Below, in pieces: positions 18,187 through 28,641 of a stretch of 35,717 bases of DNA. A model generated the notes under the pieces. That model had not been told where the DNA came from and searched no databases. It was given only the letters and a program-made list of their open reading frames with translations. The position numbers were made by a program, and so were the translations under genes. Source of the stretch: a virus. Its lineage: Duplodnaviria > Caudoviricetes. Position 1 is the stretch's first letter. The number at the start of each line of letters is the position of its first letter. The DNA is taken from the IMG/VR virus record IMGVR_UViG_3300006851_000004, positions 1 to 35,717 of that record. One strand, 5' to 3'.

Positions 18187-18509
18187 TACAAGGTAACATC
18201 CCCGCGAAGTCAAACAATTACCGATTGTCACGCGGGAGAATGTTCAAGGACGCGAGAGTAAAACGTTACGAAAAATCATTTGCGCTTCAATGCCGAAAAA
18301 ACAAGCCTGTTAGAGGTGAGTTCAGGTTAGAAACGACGGTTTATTTCAGAAACGCCAAAAGCGACCTAGATAACGCCTTGAAAACGCTTTTAGACTGTAT
18401 AGAGAAAGCGGGCTTAATCACAAACGACAACAAGTGCTACGAAATAATAGCCAAAAAACAAGTGGACGCAAAAAAACCAAGAGTTGAATTTGAAATAATC
18501 GAATTATGA
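18177..18509 (+). CDS. rusA: RusA-like Holliday junction resolvase
   Basis: 'PAKSN', 'SDLDNALKTLLDCI...ITNDN...PRVEFEI'. Confidence 0.88.
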   Translation: MEVIQGNIPAKSNNYRLSRGRMFKDARVKRYEKSFALQCRKNKPVRGEFRLETTVYFRNAKSDLDNALKTLLDCIEKAGLITNDNKCYEIIAKKQVDAKKPRVEFEIIEL

Positions 18510-18766
18510 ACGACAAAACCAAGGAAATAGAATATCTTGAAGATGAGGTACGAATGCTAGAAGAGCAAGTCGCGTATTTAGAGGAAAAGAATAGATCTAT
18601 TGACAATGAAATTGACGACATATGCCAATTTCACGAACGCGAGCTAAATGATTACAGAAACAGCTTCACCGAAATCAAAACACTATCAGGCACCATCACA
18701 TACAAGTGCACATCTATGCTTGACGAAATTAAAATGGAAATATTAATAAAAAACATAACCAAATGA
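18506..18766 (+). CDS. Hypothetical coiled-coil protein
   Basis: 86 aa, ATGA-coupled. Confidence 0.65.
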   Translation: MNDKTKEIEYLEDEVRMLEEQVAYLEEKNRSIDNEIDDICQFHERELNDYRNSFTEIKTLSGTITYKCTSMLDEIKMEILIKNITK

Positions 18767-19134
18767 AAAAGACAATCACAATAATAGCAATGTTGATATC
18801 AGCGACATTGAGCGCGCAAGAATTCCAAAACGAAGCCGACCTAATTTACCTAACGTTCAGCAAGGAAATAACCAATACAAAAATCAAGAAAATAACAAAG
18901 TCTAAAAAATCGGCAGCCTACTATTTCAAATTACCGTCGTATTATAATTTTGAGCACTTCAAGCGAAAGGTAAGGATGTTCGCAGAGCAATACACTGACG
19001 TGGAATTACTATCCAACTGGGAGATAAAAAAGAAAGGATTATTCACAGTATCGTACGCGGTTGACAAAAGTAGAATACTAATCATAAGGTACAGCACCAA
19101 AAATATCGGGATGATAATCTACGGCAAGCCCTAA
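18763..19134 (+). CDS. Exported protein with signal peptide
   Basis: MKKTITIIAMLISATLSA|Q; Gln at +1 is common in Bacteroidetes exported proteins. Confidence 0.7.
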   Translation: MKKTITIIAMLISATLSAQEFQNEADLIYLTFSKEITNTKIKKITKSKKSAAYYFKLPSYYNFEHFKRKVRMFAEQYTDVELLSNWEIKKKGLFTVSYAVDKSRILIIRYSTKNIGMIIYGKP

Positions 19135-19140
19135 AATTAT

Positions 19141-19164
19141 AGCGACAGAAATGTCGCTTTTTTT
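19141..19164 (+). terminator. Terminator ending the early region; followed by a TAACTTTG -7 box (19168-19175)
   Basis: AGCGACA-gaaa-TGTCGCT followed by a T run. Confidence 0.8.
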
Positions 19165-19249
19165 GTTTAACTTTGAAAAAAAACAGGAATATGAACAACG
19201 TAGTTTGCGATGACGATATTAAAAAATTAGCAAAAAAATATAATAGACA

Positions 19250-19813
19250 ATGGAGGTAAATAAATTAAAGAAAAACAAAGATAACCCTAGAATAACACAA
19301 GATTCAGACATAGAATCATTAGCTAAATCCATAAAAGGATTTCCAGAAATGATGAAAGTTAGACCCATCATAATAAACGAAAAAAACGTAGTGTTAGCAG
19401 GGAACACAAGGCTAGATGCTATCAAAAGTTTAGGGATGAAAAATATCCCAGACGAATGGGTAAAGAAACTAGGCAACGTGGGTCGCGATAAAGAAGTAGA
19501 ATTCATTGTAAAAGACAACACCCATAAAGGGGCGTGGAATGCTGAAATAATAGACGAGTTCTATCAAGATGTAGATTTGGAAAACGCAGGGATATCAGTA
19601 TTCGACAGCGGCGATGATTTGGACTGGGATATGCTGGACGACATAGACGAAAACGAAATAGACAAAATGACTGACGGACTAAGAAAAAATGTAATGTTCA
19701 CGTTAGAGGAATCGGAATACGAAGAAGCGAAAAATAAGCTAGAAGACACAGGTAGAGAGGAGTTTGAGAAAGGATTTATGGATTATATCAAACATACATT
19801 AAAGACACTATGA
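19250..19813 (+). CDS. ParB/Srx N-terminal domain protein
   Basis: 'NPRI...LAKSIKGFPEMMKVRPIII...VLAGNTRLDA...FIVKDN'. Confidence 0.85.
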   Translation: MEVNKLKKNKDNPRITQDSDIESLAKSIKGFPEMMKVRPIIINEKNVVLAGNTRLDAIKSLGMKNIPDEWVKKLGNVGRDKEVEFIVKDNTHKGAWNAEIIDEFYQDVDLENAGISVFDSGDDLDWDMLDDIDENEIDKMTDGLRKNVMFTLEESEYEEAKNKLEDTGREEFEKGFMDYIKHTLKTL

Positions 19814-20136
19814 AAAAAACAAAGAAATTACTTAAAAAACTAGTAGAGACGCACAGGAATAGTTTATGCAATATTTCTTTGACTTGCAAAAAACACGGCA
19901 TCATACGCAACACATTCTACGAGTGGATGAAGCAAGAGGAATGGTTCAGAAATGCTATAGAGGAAAACAAGGAGGCTACAGTGGATTTTGTCGAAAGCAA
20001 GTTGATGAAAAAAATATCAGACGAAGACACAGCGTCGATTATTTTCTATTTGAAAACAAAGGGAAAAACAAGGGGTTACATAGAGCGAATCGAGCAAGAC
20101 CAAAAAACGGAAGTAACGATTGATTTCACGGATTAA
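19810..20136 (+). CDS. terS: Terminase small subunit (putative)
   Basis: HTH 'TCKKHGIIRNTFYEWM', 'IIFYLKTKGKTRGYIER'; immediately upstream of TerL. Confidence 0.75.
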   Translation: MKKTKKLLKKLVETHRNSLCNISLTCKKHGIIRNTFYEWMKQEEWFRNAIEENKEATVDFVESKLMKKISDEDTASIIFYLKTKGKTRGYIERIEQDQKTEVTIDFTD

Positions 20137-21409
20137 AATAAAGCGACCACAGCTAACGAGCTATCAAAAGAAATTCCTTTACAACGGTAAGCGCTTTACG
20201 ATAACGGAAGCATCAACTAAGGTAGGAAAAACGTATTCGCATATCTGGTGGTTATTCGAACGGGCGACAGCTAAAGGTCAAAAGAAAGGAGCGGAGCATT
20301 GGTGGGTAGCACCTGTGTACTCACAAACCAAGATAGCGTTCAACAGATTACGCAGGAAGGTAGCGCCAACGGGCGTATTCTTGATTAATGAAAGTTCATT
20401 AACAATCAAGATGCCTAACGGTTCAATTATTCGCTTCAGGTCAGCCGAGAAGCCAGATAACCTCTACGGTGACGATGTTCATTCGATAGTGTTTGACGAA
20501 GCACCAAGGGCGAGGGTGGAGGCGTGGTACGCGTTGAGGTCAACCATAACCGCCACAAAGGGCGAAATCAAAATGATTGGAAACTTTGGCGGCGCATCAA
20601 ATTGGATGCACATCTTAAAAAACAAAGCGAAAACAGACGAAAACTACGAGTACTACAAGGTGAACGCTTATGACGGAGTAAAGGAGGGTATTCTGGATGA
20701 AGACGAGATAGAGCAAGCTAAAAAGGATTTGCCCGATAGGGTATTCAAGCAGTTGTATTTAGCCGTGGAATCGGAAAACGAAGACCAGTTAATCCCGTAC
20801 AAGACCATCAGGTCAATGTACAGCAATGATTTCGTCAGCGGCGGAACAAAGTACATTACGGCGGATATTGCCTTGCAGGGGTCGGATAATTTCGTTTTGA
20901 TAGTCTGGGATGGATGGCGCATAATCGACGTGGACATAATCGCAAAAATAGAATCAGACGAGCTAGTTAAGCGCATAAGAGATAAAGCCCGACATCACAA
21001 GGTGCAGCAGCACAATATATGCTTTGACGCCGACGGAATAGGTAGCTATATTCGCGGTCAGATTAAGCGAGCAGCACCATTTCACAACGGAGGCAAGCCC
21101 ATTAAAGAGAAAGGCGCAAAGGTTAATTACAAGAATTTGAAGAGCCAATGCGGTTATGGGTTTGCAAGAATAGCTAACGAGGTCGGCATATTCATCGCTG
21201 AAAACGTAGTAAGTGAATCATTGCTAGTCGAAGAGCTAGAGCAGCTGCAATCATACAAGACCGACCAGGAGGGGAAAATGCAGCTTAAACCAAAAAAGGA
21301 AATAAAAAAATCAATCGGCAGGTCACCCGACTTGCTAGACGCACTAATGATGAGGTATTATTTTGAGTTGAAACCGCAGACTAGAGTACGAAAAACAACG
21401 CTAATATGA
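20120..21409 (+). CDS. terL: Terminase large subunit
   Basis: Walker A STKVGKT, Walker B IVFDEA, nuclease 'ITADIA..GSD', 'DADGIG', 'RSPDLLDALMM'. Confidence 0.93.
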   Translation: MISRIKIKRPQLTSYQKKFLYNGKRFTITEASTKVGKTYSHIWWLFERATAKGQKKGAEHWWVAPVYSQTKIAFNRLRRKVAPTGVFLINESSLTIKMPNGSIIRFRSAEKPDNLYGDDVHSIVFDEAPRARVEAWYALRSTITATKGEIKMIGNFGGASNWMHILKNKAKTDENYEYYKVNAYDGVKEGILDEDEIEQAKKDLPDRVFKQLYLAVESENEDQLIPYKTIRSMYSNDFVSGGTKYITADIALQGSDNFVLIVWDGWRIIDVDIIAKIESDELVKRIRDKARHHKVQQHNICFDADGIGSYIRGQIKRAAPFHNGGKPIKEKGAKVNYKNLKSQCGYGFARIANEVGIFIAENVVSESLLVEELEQLQSYKTDQEGKMQLKPKKEIKKSIGRSPDLLDALMMRYYFELKPQTRVRKTTLI

Positions 21410-21945
21410 CGCTAAGAGCATTCCTTAACCAGATAGAAAATTTAGAGCTGGTGCGCAAGCATTCGGCACGGACAAATGAATTATGCGGTATCGAAATGGA
21501 CGGGCTGTTCAACGTACCATACTGGGATTTGAAGCACACGATACCCGACTTATTGAGAAAAGAGAGGATAGAACGGGCTATTCACAAGTGCCTTGTTTCC
21601 GAAAAAAACATTACCTTTGAAAAGGTCAGGAAGCCAAGCAATTATGAAAAGGCGAAATTCTTTTTTTGGATGCTTGACCAGTTCGAGATAATCGGACGGC
21701 TGGAGCAGGAGCAGCTAAGGAGCGACCCCGACCCCGATTTGACCGCGGCTGGCGTTGACAAGCTGAATGTATTAGAGGACTTCAATATGATTGATAACAT
21801 CGCTAAGAAGTACAGTTACACGCACGAGGAAGCTAAATATTTACCGTATGAGACGGTGTTTTCGATTCAGCTGAAAGAAAAAATAGAAAGAGAAATCAAC
21901 AAGAAGCTAAGCGAGATAAAGCGCAAAAAACGAGAAAACAAATGA
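21406..21945 (+). CDS. Hypothetical protein (tail assembly chaperone-like)
   Basis: 179 aa; 'AAGVDKLNVL..IDNIA..LPYETVF'; start of the tail module. Confidence 0.5.
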   Translation: MTLRAFLNQIENLELVRKHSARTNELCGIEMDGLFNVPYWDLKHTIPDLLRKERIERAIHKCLVSEKNITFEKVRKPSNYEKAKFFFWMLDQFEIIGRLEQEQLRSDPDPDLTAAGVDKLNVLEDFNMIDNIAKKYSYTHEEAKYLPYETVFSIQLKEKIEREINKKLSEIKRKKRENK

Positions 21946-22427
21946 TAGATGTAGTCAAAGCATTTGCCGATATGGCGGAGTATTGGAACACAAATAACGC
22001 GTGCGGGTGGTGCTGGGAGTTCGAAGCCCCGTTACGGGAGTCGGATTTGAACGAGTCACAGCCGAAAAGCGACGAGTGCTGCACCAGGGTGATGGCAACA
22101 AATTACAGGATAACAAAAAGCAGGAGATACAACGACCATCTTAGCACTTCACAGGAATCCATAACGCACAACATCACGTTGCGATTTTTACGCCAAGACG
22201 ACATCGGGAAAAACGTGTACACAGAGCAGGCAGGACACCCGCTAAGCGAATCGAAATGGGCTACGATATTAGACCCTATGCGGCAGTGTATTAATTTTGA
22301 AGACGCTTGCCTTGTTTTAGGTATCGTTTTACCTATCACCCGAGAAAACTGGTCGCCAGTCATCGACGAGTACGACGGGAACTACACAGGCTGGAAAGTA
22401 GATTTAGTGATAACAGAAAACATATAA
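21942..22427 (+). CDS. Putative tail completion/terminator protein
   Basis: 161 aa; position; C-terminal 'NYTGWKVDL'. Confidence 0.45.
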   Translation: MIDVVKAFADMAEYWNTNNACGWCWEFEAPLRESDLNESQPKSDECCTRVMATNYRITKSRRYNDHLSTSQESITHNITLRFLRQDDIGKNVYTEQAGHPLSESKWATILDPMRQCINFEDACLVLGIVLPITRENWSPVIDEYDGNYTGWKVDLVITENI

Positions 22428-22429
22428 TT

Positions 22430-22630
22430 ATGGGATTAGTAATAGCAATTGGAACGATTTTAGGCGCTGTGTTTTTTATAGAATACACGAGGCGCAGCGC
22501 GATTAAGTATTACGAGAAAATGCGCGACCGACAAGACATTACGACCGAGTGGGGGAGGACGGTAATAGAGGCTTGCAACGAAGAGATAAATAGACTTAGA
22601 TACTTTGAGCGAAAATGGTTGAACTGGTAA
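22430..22630 (+). CDS. Small membrane-anchored protein
   Basis: MGLVIAIGTILGAVFFIEY; ATG at 22430 preferred over the track start. Confidence 0.55.
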   Translation: MGLVIAIGTILGAVFFIEYTRRSAIKYYEKMRDRQDITTEWGRTVIEACNEEINRLRYFERKWLNW

Positions 22631-23067
22631 CAATACAAGACATTGAGCGGATTATCGACGACGTTATTCGCGAGATACTTATACCGAAGTTCAAGTCGCT
22701 AGGAATGGACGCCACAGGCGAGTGGATCAGAACGGTTGACGCTAGAGGTAATGAGATTTGGGGACGCGATTACACAGAATACCTAGTGAACGGAAGACGA
22801 CCAGGGAAAATTCCGCCCATAGCGCCGATTCTCAATTGGATACAAGCGAAATTCGGCATAAGCGGTCAGGAAGCAATGAGCAGAGCGTACGCAGTAGCTT
22901 ACACGATAGCGGAGAAAGGCACAACGTATTACCAGCAAGGCGGTACAGACTTACTCGCTATACTCGACAGCCAAAAAACAAAGGATTTCATAAACAGCCG
23001 AATATCCGAGATTGCCAACGATAAGCTAGAAAAAATATTGACAAACGAAATTAAAACTACATTCTAA
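22615..23067 (+). CDS. Neck/tail completion protein (HK97 gp10-like, putative)
   Basis: 'ATGEW', 'GRRPGKIPPIAPILNWIQAK...AYAVAYTIAEKGT'. Confidence 0.6.
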   Translation: MVELVTIQDIERIIDDVIREILIPKFKSLGMDATGEWIRTVDARGNEIWGRDYTEYLVNGRRPGKIPPIAPILNWIQAKFGISGQEAMSRAYAVAYTIAEKGTTYYQQGGTDLLAILDSQKTKDFINSRISEIANDKLEKILTNEIKTTF

Positions 23068-23768
23068 TGCCACAGCAATTACCACAAGTCACGCCATTCG
23101 TAACAGGATTAGAAAACAAGTACTACTTCATCAATAACCCTGTATGGGCTAGTATGCAATATATGGGCAATAGGGTAGATGTTCAGGTGAAGCAAAACGG
23201 GGTACTGAAAAACAGGGCGATATTCAACACGCCGACACCGAATAGAGGCTACCAATTCGATATCACGCCGCTTGTGAAGTCGGTATTCTATTACCCACAA
23301 TTACCAGCTTTTAATAATCAACCTAGCGCTGACCGAAATATAGAAAAACTGACTCTTGTTTTCAAGGCACTAGACACGAATAACGAAATAACAATAGCAG
23401 ATAAGTATTTTGTACGTGGCGGCTACTTAACAGGCATTAACCTAAGCCCAACCGAGGGAATGTTGTTAAGCGACACAAACAAGATACCAGTTTGGAACGG
23501 AAAGCCTGCGCGAGCTTACAAGCTGAATAACGGCGAAATTGATTCAGTTATTCCGTCACCGTCGGAAACTAAGGTAATGAACGACCTAGGGTGCGACAGC
23601 TTGTACGTGGCATTCCTCAACGGCAAGGGCGGTTACTCATATTGGAATTTTGAAAAATGGGAGCTAAGTCAAGAAACGGACTCATCGGGAGTAATCCAAG
23701 GCGAGGTATATCCGCAAAATCACCTGTACTCATTTCATCAACTTGGCGGAAAAACAAGCACAAAATAA
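23067..23768 (+). CDS. Tail structural protein, N-terminal part of a probably split gene
   Basis: 'FLNGKGGYSYWNF' motif; the reading frame continues in -1 to 24004. Confidence 0.65.
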   Translation: MPQQLPQVTPFVTGLENKYYFINNPVWASMQYMGNRVDVQVKQNGVLKNRAIFNTPTPNRGYQFDITPLVKSVFYYPQLPAFNNQPSADRNIEKLTLVFKALDTNNEITIADKYFVRGGYLTGINLSPTEGMLLSDTNKIPVWNGKPARAYKLNNGEIDSVIPSPSETKVMNDLGCDSLYVAFLNGKGGYSYWNFEKWELSQETDSSGVIQGEVYPQNHLYSFHQLGGKTSTK

Positions 23769-24004
23769 AGCTAACATCACGATTTCAAGGCGAATTCTTA
23801 GAGCTAGCCAGAGCGCTAGCGAAAACAAACGCGGCGTACGTGTACAAAATCGCCGACAAGCTGAAAGGTTACCCGAATGCGCCGACCTGGAAAAAAATCA
23901 AAAACACAGGTAACGCGTTCAAAACAAAGAGCATGAGCGACATGCAAGAGCTATCATTTGAGTTCGATTTGATGACAAACGAAAACACAACGCTGCTATG
24001 GTAA
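23657..24004 (+). CDS. C-terminal part of the split tail gene (-1 frame)
   Basis: 'KIKLTSRFQGEFLELARALAKT...ELSFEFDL'; fills the gap to the next gene; own start is doubtful. Confidence 0.5.
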   Translation: MGAKSRNGLIGSNPRRGISAKSPVLISSTWRKNKHKIKLTSRFQGEFLELARALAKTNAAYVYKIADKLKGYPNAPTWKKIKNTGNAFKTKSMSDMQELSFEFDLMTNENTTLLW

Positions 24005-25851
24005 ATTTGATTATCCAAGAGACTGGGCAATACATCGACGTCGAGGGCGATATTTCCTTGACCTTGCAGGCTAGCGACATAGGCGAAATAAGCAAAGCTA
24101 AGAGCAGCTATTCATTCGCATTCAAAATACCTCGCACGGAGGGCAACACGTCAACATTCGAGCTGCTTGGCTGCATAGGTAGCGTTAGCACATCGCCTTA
24201 CAGAAAAATAAAGGTTACCGTACTGAATGATGGCTTCACAGTATTAAGCGACGCTAATTTGCAAATAACGGGCGCGGGAAAGAAGTATTACAAAGCGCAC
24301 ATTACGCACGGCATCATAGATTTTTTTCAAGCGATTAACAACAAGTACATTGGTGACCTAGATTTGTCGTCTATCAACCACGAAAACACACGGGCTAACA
24401 TTATAGAAACTTGGCGTCAAAACAAGACATATATCTACGCAATGGCTAGCTTCAACGGGGAATTTAACCAGAATACTGCGCAATACGGCTACACCGATTT
24501 CAAAAGCACGTCAATGATACCGTCGGCAAATTGTTGGATATTGATGTATCTTTCTTTTAACGCTCACGGGTGGACTTTTGAGGGGTTAGATAGCTTAAGA
24601 GACTTGTGGATGACATATCCGAAAGCATCAGGAGAAGATGATACGGGCGTTAAAACAGGTATATTTGAAATTGACGATTCAGGATTTGTAACGATATCGG
24701 GAAGTAACCAGCTTACATTCGGAAGTACAGTAGGGGTTGACACGGCATACGTAATTAACAACGGTAGTTACTTAGAGGCACAGCAAGACATTGAAGATTT
24801 CGCTATCAAAGTACCCAATATCACTGTAGGGGTTGGCGGAATTGTGCCTGTAGTTCATTATTACGTCAATGGCGTAGAGCAGTCGCCAGTGTTTTTAACA
24901 GAGTTTTCAGCATATTCAATAGGTAACGTGTCGACTGGCGATAAGGTAACATTAGAGCTAACATTTTCAGGAGCAGCGCCGCCAGTTCCGCAAGCTAATT
25001 TCGAGGTTCACGGAAACGTAGAAACCTTTGCGCCTAAGTCGGTTAAAATCAACTGGAACGAAGCATTGATAGAACTCAAAATAAAAGACTTCATTAAGGA
25101 AATGATGATGCAGAAATCAGTTATTGCAGTGGCTGACGCTTACGAAAAACACATTAAGTTTTTGAGCGTTGACGACCGATTGAGCGCCGAAATTGTGGAC
25201 TTGTCCGATATTTTCGCAGAAAAACAAAGCGAAAATTACAAGTACGGAAACTACGCGCAAAACAACTACTTGAAACACAAGTACGATGATGACGAGCAGA
25301 ACTATGCTGACGGCACTATCGTAGTTGACGACGAAAACTTGACGGTTGAGCAAGACTTGTATCAGGGCATAGGTTACGCGCCTTTGAAATCACCGCAGAC
25401 AATCACTATTAACGCACCAGACTTTAACAGCATTAACAACCCGACCAAGATTGAAGTGCCAATTTTCAAGATGTACGATATTGAGGCTAGCGAGGAATCA
25501 GGAAATATTAAGCTGAATTACAAACCACTCGATAAGCGATTCTATTTTCACGAGGTGGAGAAGTTCCCGTACACGTCGATTTGGATTAACGGACAATCGG
25601 TATCGAACTGGGCGGGAGCAATACCGCAAATATGGGAAAACACAGTACGCGACGAATACTGGCAGATACGACGCATAATAAACACCGCAAAAGTATTCAC
25701 GGTTAAAATCGCAATGACTAGAATAGAGGCGAATAATTTCAGACTTGACAAGCGGTATTATATCGAACAACTAGCGTCTATGTTTCTCGTGAATAAGTTA
25801 ACTTACAAGAGCGGCGACGCTTCAACAATCGAACTAATAAAAATTGACTAG
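23998..25851 (+). CDS. Tail tip/baseplate hub-like protein
   Basis: 617 aa; 'DISLTLQASDIGEISKAKSSYSFAFKIPRTEGN' N-terminus; adjacent to the tape measure gene. Confidence 0.65.
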   Translation: MVNLIIQETGQYIDVEGDISLTLQASDIGEISKAKSSYSFAFKIPRTEGNTSTFELLGCIGSVSTSPYRKIKVTVLNDGFTVLSDANLQITGAGKKYYKAHITHGIIDFFQAINNKYIGDLDLSSINHENTRANIIETWRQNKTYIYAMASFNGEFNQNTAQYGYTDFKSTSMIPSANCWILMYLSFNAHGWTFEGLDSLRDLWMTYPKASGEDDTGVKTGIFEIDDSGFVTISGSNQLTFGSTVGVDTAYVINNGSYLEAQQDIEDFAIKVPNITVGVGGIVPVVHYYVNGVEQSPVFLTEFSAYSIGNVSTGDKVTLELTFSGAAPPVPQANFEVHGNVETFAPKSVKINWNEALIELKIKDFIKEMMMQKSVIAVADAYEKHIKFLSVDDRLSAEIVDLSDIFAEKQSENYKYGNYAQNNYLKHKYDDDEQNYADGTIVVDDENLTVEQDLYQGIGYAPLKSPQTITINAPDFNSINNPTKIEVPIFKMYDIEASEESGNIKLNYKPLDKRFYFHEVEKFPYTSIWINGQSVSNWAGAIPQIWENTVRDEYWQIRRIINTAKVFTVKIAMTRIEANNFRLDKRYYIEQLASMFLVNKLTYKSGDASTIELIKID

Positions 25852-25853
25852 CA

Positions 25854-28640
25854 ATGGCAGAGCAAATAAAACTAGCTGAATTTGAAATGGATATGGACGG
25901 CGTAATTGCCGAAGCCGAAAAATATAAACGCACGCTGGACGAATTGAAGCAAAAGCGAAAGGAGATGAAGAAGTCAGGCGAAACGGCTAGCAAATCTTAT
26001 GTTCAGCTTGAAGCGTCAATTAAGGCGACAAACAAAGAATATAGAGACAGGCTAAAGATAGTTCAAAGCAGCATCGAGAAAGCAGACAAACAAGAAAACA
26101 GAACTAAGAAACTAACAGCTGCATTAGACTTCCAAGGCACGACGATTAAGGAATTGCGCGACAACAACAAGGCGCTTAACAAGATGCGCAACAGCGCAAA
26201 CATCGAGACCGAAGAGGGTCGAAAGGAACTAGCTAAGCTTAACGAAAAACTAGACGAAAACAACGCGAAAATAAAAGAAAACGTTGACGCCTACACTCAA
26301 CAAAAAATAAATATCGGTAATTACACCGAGTCGGTGGTTGACGCATACAAGGAATTACGAAAACAAGAAGCAGAAATACAAGATAACATTAGCGCATTAG
26401 AAGAAGCGCGCACACAGGTTGACAAGAATAGCGACGAATGGACAGCCTATTCACTCGCAATCGACAAAGCTTCAGGGGAGCTTGATAGCGTTCAAAACGA
26501 ACTAGGCGACACGTCCGACCGAATGGACGATACAGGCGGGGCGACAGACTCATTATCGGAAGGAATCGGCAACCTAACAGGTTCGGAAGCGGCAGCAGGT
26601 TCAGCAGCTGTATTAATGGAGAGTGGACTCGCAGGCGCTACGGCAGCGGTAAAGTCGTTCACGAAATCAACATTAGCTTTTATCGCTACACCAGTTGGCG
26701 CGGTGTTAGCAGCACTAGCCGCGGCTTTCTTGTTAATCAAGAACGCAATTAGCAGAAGCGAGGAAAGTACGCACGCGTTGGCTATGGCATTCGCACCGCT
26801 CAAAGGGTTATTCAACGCGTTAATGGGCGCGTTGAAGCCTCTAGGCGACTTGCTTATAGAGGGAATAGCGGGAGCATTAGAGTTAATAACGAAATCATTC
26901 TACGCGTTAATTGAGGCGGCGTCAGCGGCAATGGAGTGGTTAGGATTTGAGGACGCAGCCGAAGCGATGAGAGATTACAGGGCTAGCATAGACGCAGCAG
27001 CTGAATCAGCAAGAGAGTTGGAACGGGCTGAACACAAGCTAACGGTAATGACACGTGAACAGACTATCGCAACGGCAAAAGCAAAGGCGCGACAAGAGGA
27101 ATTGAAAACCATAAGAGACGACGAAAGCCGCAGTATTCAAGAAAGAATAAAAGCGAACAAACAACTAGGTCAGGTTATCGCTATTCAGCAGAAATCCGAG
27201 TTAGAACAAGCTAAATTAGCATTAAGAGTAGCGAAATTAAGAGCAGAACAAGACGGGAAAACTACTGAAAATTTAGACGCTATAACAGAGGCAAAAGTCA
27301 GAATATTTGAAATTAACGAAGATATTTCATCCCGACAAACGGAATTCGTTACCAATCGAGCTACATTGATGAAAGATTACCGCGCAAAACTTAAAGAGCA
27401 AGCGCAGGAAAGAATAGACCAGTTAAACGCGGAGCTAGAGTTAATGAAAGCAAAGCAAGGCTGGCAAGCCAAATCAGCCCAAGAAGAGTTATCACAAGCG
27501 GAAGCTGTAGCGGATGAAAAACTAAGCATACTCAACAAGCAGCTTAAAAATGGATTAATCACGCAAACGGAATACGAAATACAGTCGTTGACCATAAGCA
27601 ATGAGATTGAAAAGAAAAGAGCCGAAACATCAATCGGAATAGCTAAGCGAGCCTTGGATGAACGCGTAAGGATGCTTCAAGAGTCGAAGAACCAAAAGCG
27701 GTATCTTGACGAGCAGGAGTTACAACGGCAGTTAAGCCTTAACGCAAAATTGCTAGCAGCTGAGCAGCAATTTCAGAATAAGCGCTTGCAGCAAGGGTTA
27801 ATAAGCGAACAGCAGTACCAAGACGCTATCGCAGCCAAGCGACGCGAGATTGAAGCAAAAAACAAACAGCTAAAAAAACAAAGAGAAAACAAAGAAAAAC
27901 AAGAGCAGGAAGCGTTAGAGTTAATCGAGTTTCAACAAAGCATCGCGCAAATGAAAGCGCGTAACGCTAGCAAGTTTGAAATCAAAATGGCGCAGGTTCA
28001 AGAGCAATACTCACAAGAACTCGAAGCGCTAAATCAGAAGTTGCACGATGAGGAGATAAGCGAAAAGGTTGCAGCCGAAAAAAGAAAGCAGTTGCACAGG
28101 CAGCAAGCAGCAGCGGAGTTGAAAATTGAACAAGCTAAGAACAACGCGATGTTAGCTTCAACGGAGGGAATGTTATCGGCGGTTGCGAGCTTAGTCGACG
28201 AGAGTAGCGCCGCAGGCAAAGGAATAGCTATTGCAAAGGCGTTAATAAACACTTACCAGGCTATTACGTCAGCGCTTAATACGAAACCTTTCTTGCCTGC
28301 CGGATTAGCAGCAGCAGCGACAGCAGCAGCGACAGGATTCGGAGCTGTTCAAGATATAGTAAGCACGGAAATACCTAGTGCAAGCGGTAAAGGAAGCGCA
28401 GGAGGCGGAAGCCAAGCACAAGGCAACCGAAACATAAGCACATCAATGGGATTCAGCGTAAACGGCAGCCCAGCGGAAACAAGCGCGACGGTGCTAAACC
28501 AACTAGACGCGAATAACCTTATGGGCGATATGCCGCAAAAAGTAGCCGAAGCGGTCAGAGATGGCGCAAAAGACGGCACACAATCGGGTATGGTAGAATT
28601 GAGCGGAAATCAAGAAATAGCAAGACAAAATTCATTTTAA
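25854..28640 (+). CDS. Tail tape measure protein
   Basis: 928 aa, A/E/K/Q-rich coiled coil, 'QQKINIGNY', hydrophobic Ala/Gly segments. Confidence 0.88.
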   Translation: MAEQIKLAEFEMDMDGVIAEAEKYKRTLDELKQKRKEMKKSGETASKSYVQLEASIKATNKEYRDRLKIVQSSIEKADKQENRTKKLTAALDFQGTTIKELRDNNKALNKMRNSANIETEEGRKELAKLNEKLDENNAKIKENVDAYTQQKINIGNYTESVVDAYKELRKQEAEIQDNISALEEARTQVDKNSDEWTAYSLAIDKASGELDSVQNELGDTSDRMDDTGGATDSLSEGIGNLTGSEAAAGSAAVLMESGLAGATAAVKSFTKSTLAFIATPVGAVLAALAAAFLLIKNAISRSEESTHALAMAFAPLKGLFNALMGALKPLGDLLIEGIAGALELITKSFYALIEAASAAMEWLGFEDAAEAMRDYRASIDAAAESARELERAEHKLTVMTREQTIATAKAKARQEELKTIRDDESRSIQERIKANKQLGQVIAIQQKSELEQAKLALRVAKLRAEQDGKTTENLDAITEAKVRIFEINEDISSRQTEFVTNRATLMKDYRAKLKEQAQERIDQLNAELELMKAKQGWQAKSAQEELSQAEAVADEKLSILNKQLKNGLITQTEYEIQSLTISNEIEKKRAETSIGIAKRALDERVRMLQESKNQKRYLDEQELQRQLSLNAKLLAAEQQFQNKRLQQGLISEQQYQDAIAAKRREIEAKNKQLKKQRENKEKQEQEALELIEFQQSIAQMKARNASKFEIKMAQVQEQYSQELEALNQKLHDEEISEKVAAEKRKQLHRQQAAAELKIEQAKNNAMLASTEGMLSAVASLVDESSAAGKGIAIAKALINTYQAITSALNTKPFLPAGLAAAATAAATGFGAVQDIVSTEIPSASGKGSAGGGSQAQGNRNISTSMGFSVNGSPAETSATVLNQLDANNLMGDMPQKVAEAVRDGAKDGTQSGMVELSGNQEIARQNSF

Positions 28641-28641
28641 A

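Noticed and set aside
3501-28579. Numerous minus-strand and alternate-frame ORFs in the track (e.g. 3501-4043, 12465-12944, 26492-26815)
   Set aside because: They are shadows of well-supported plus-strand genes
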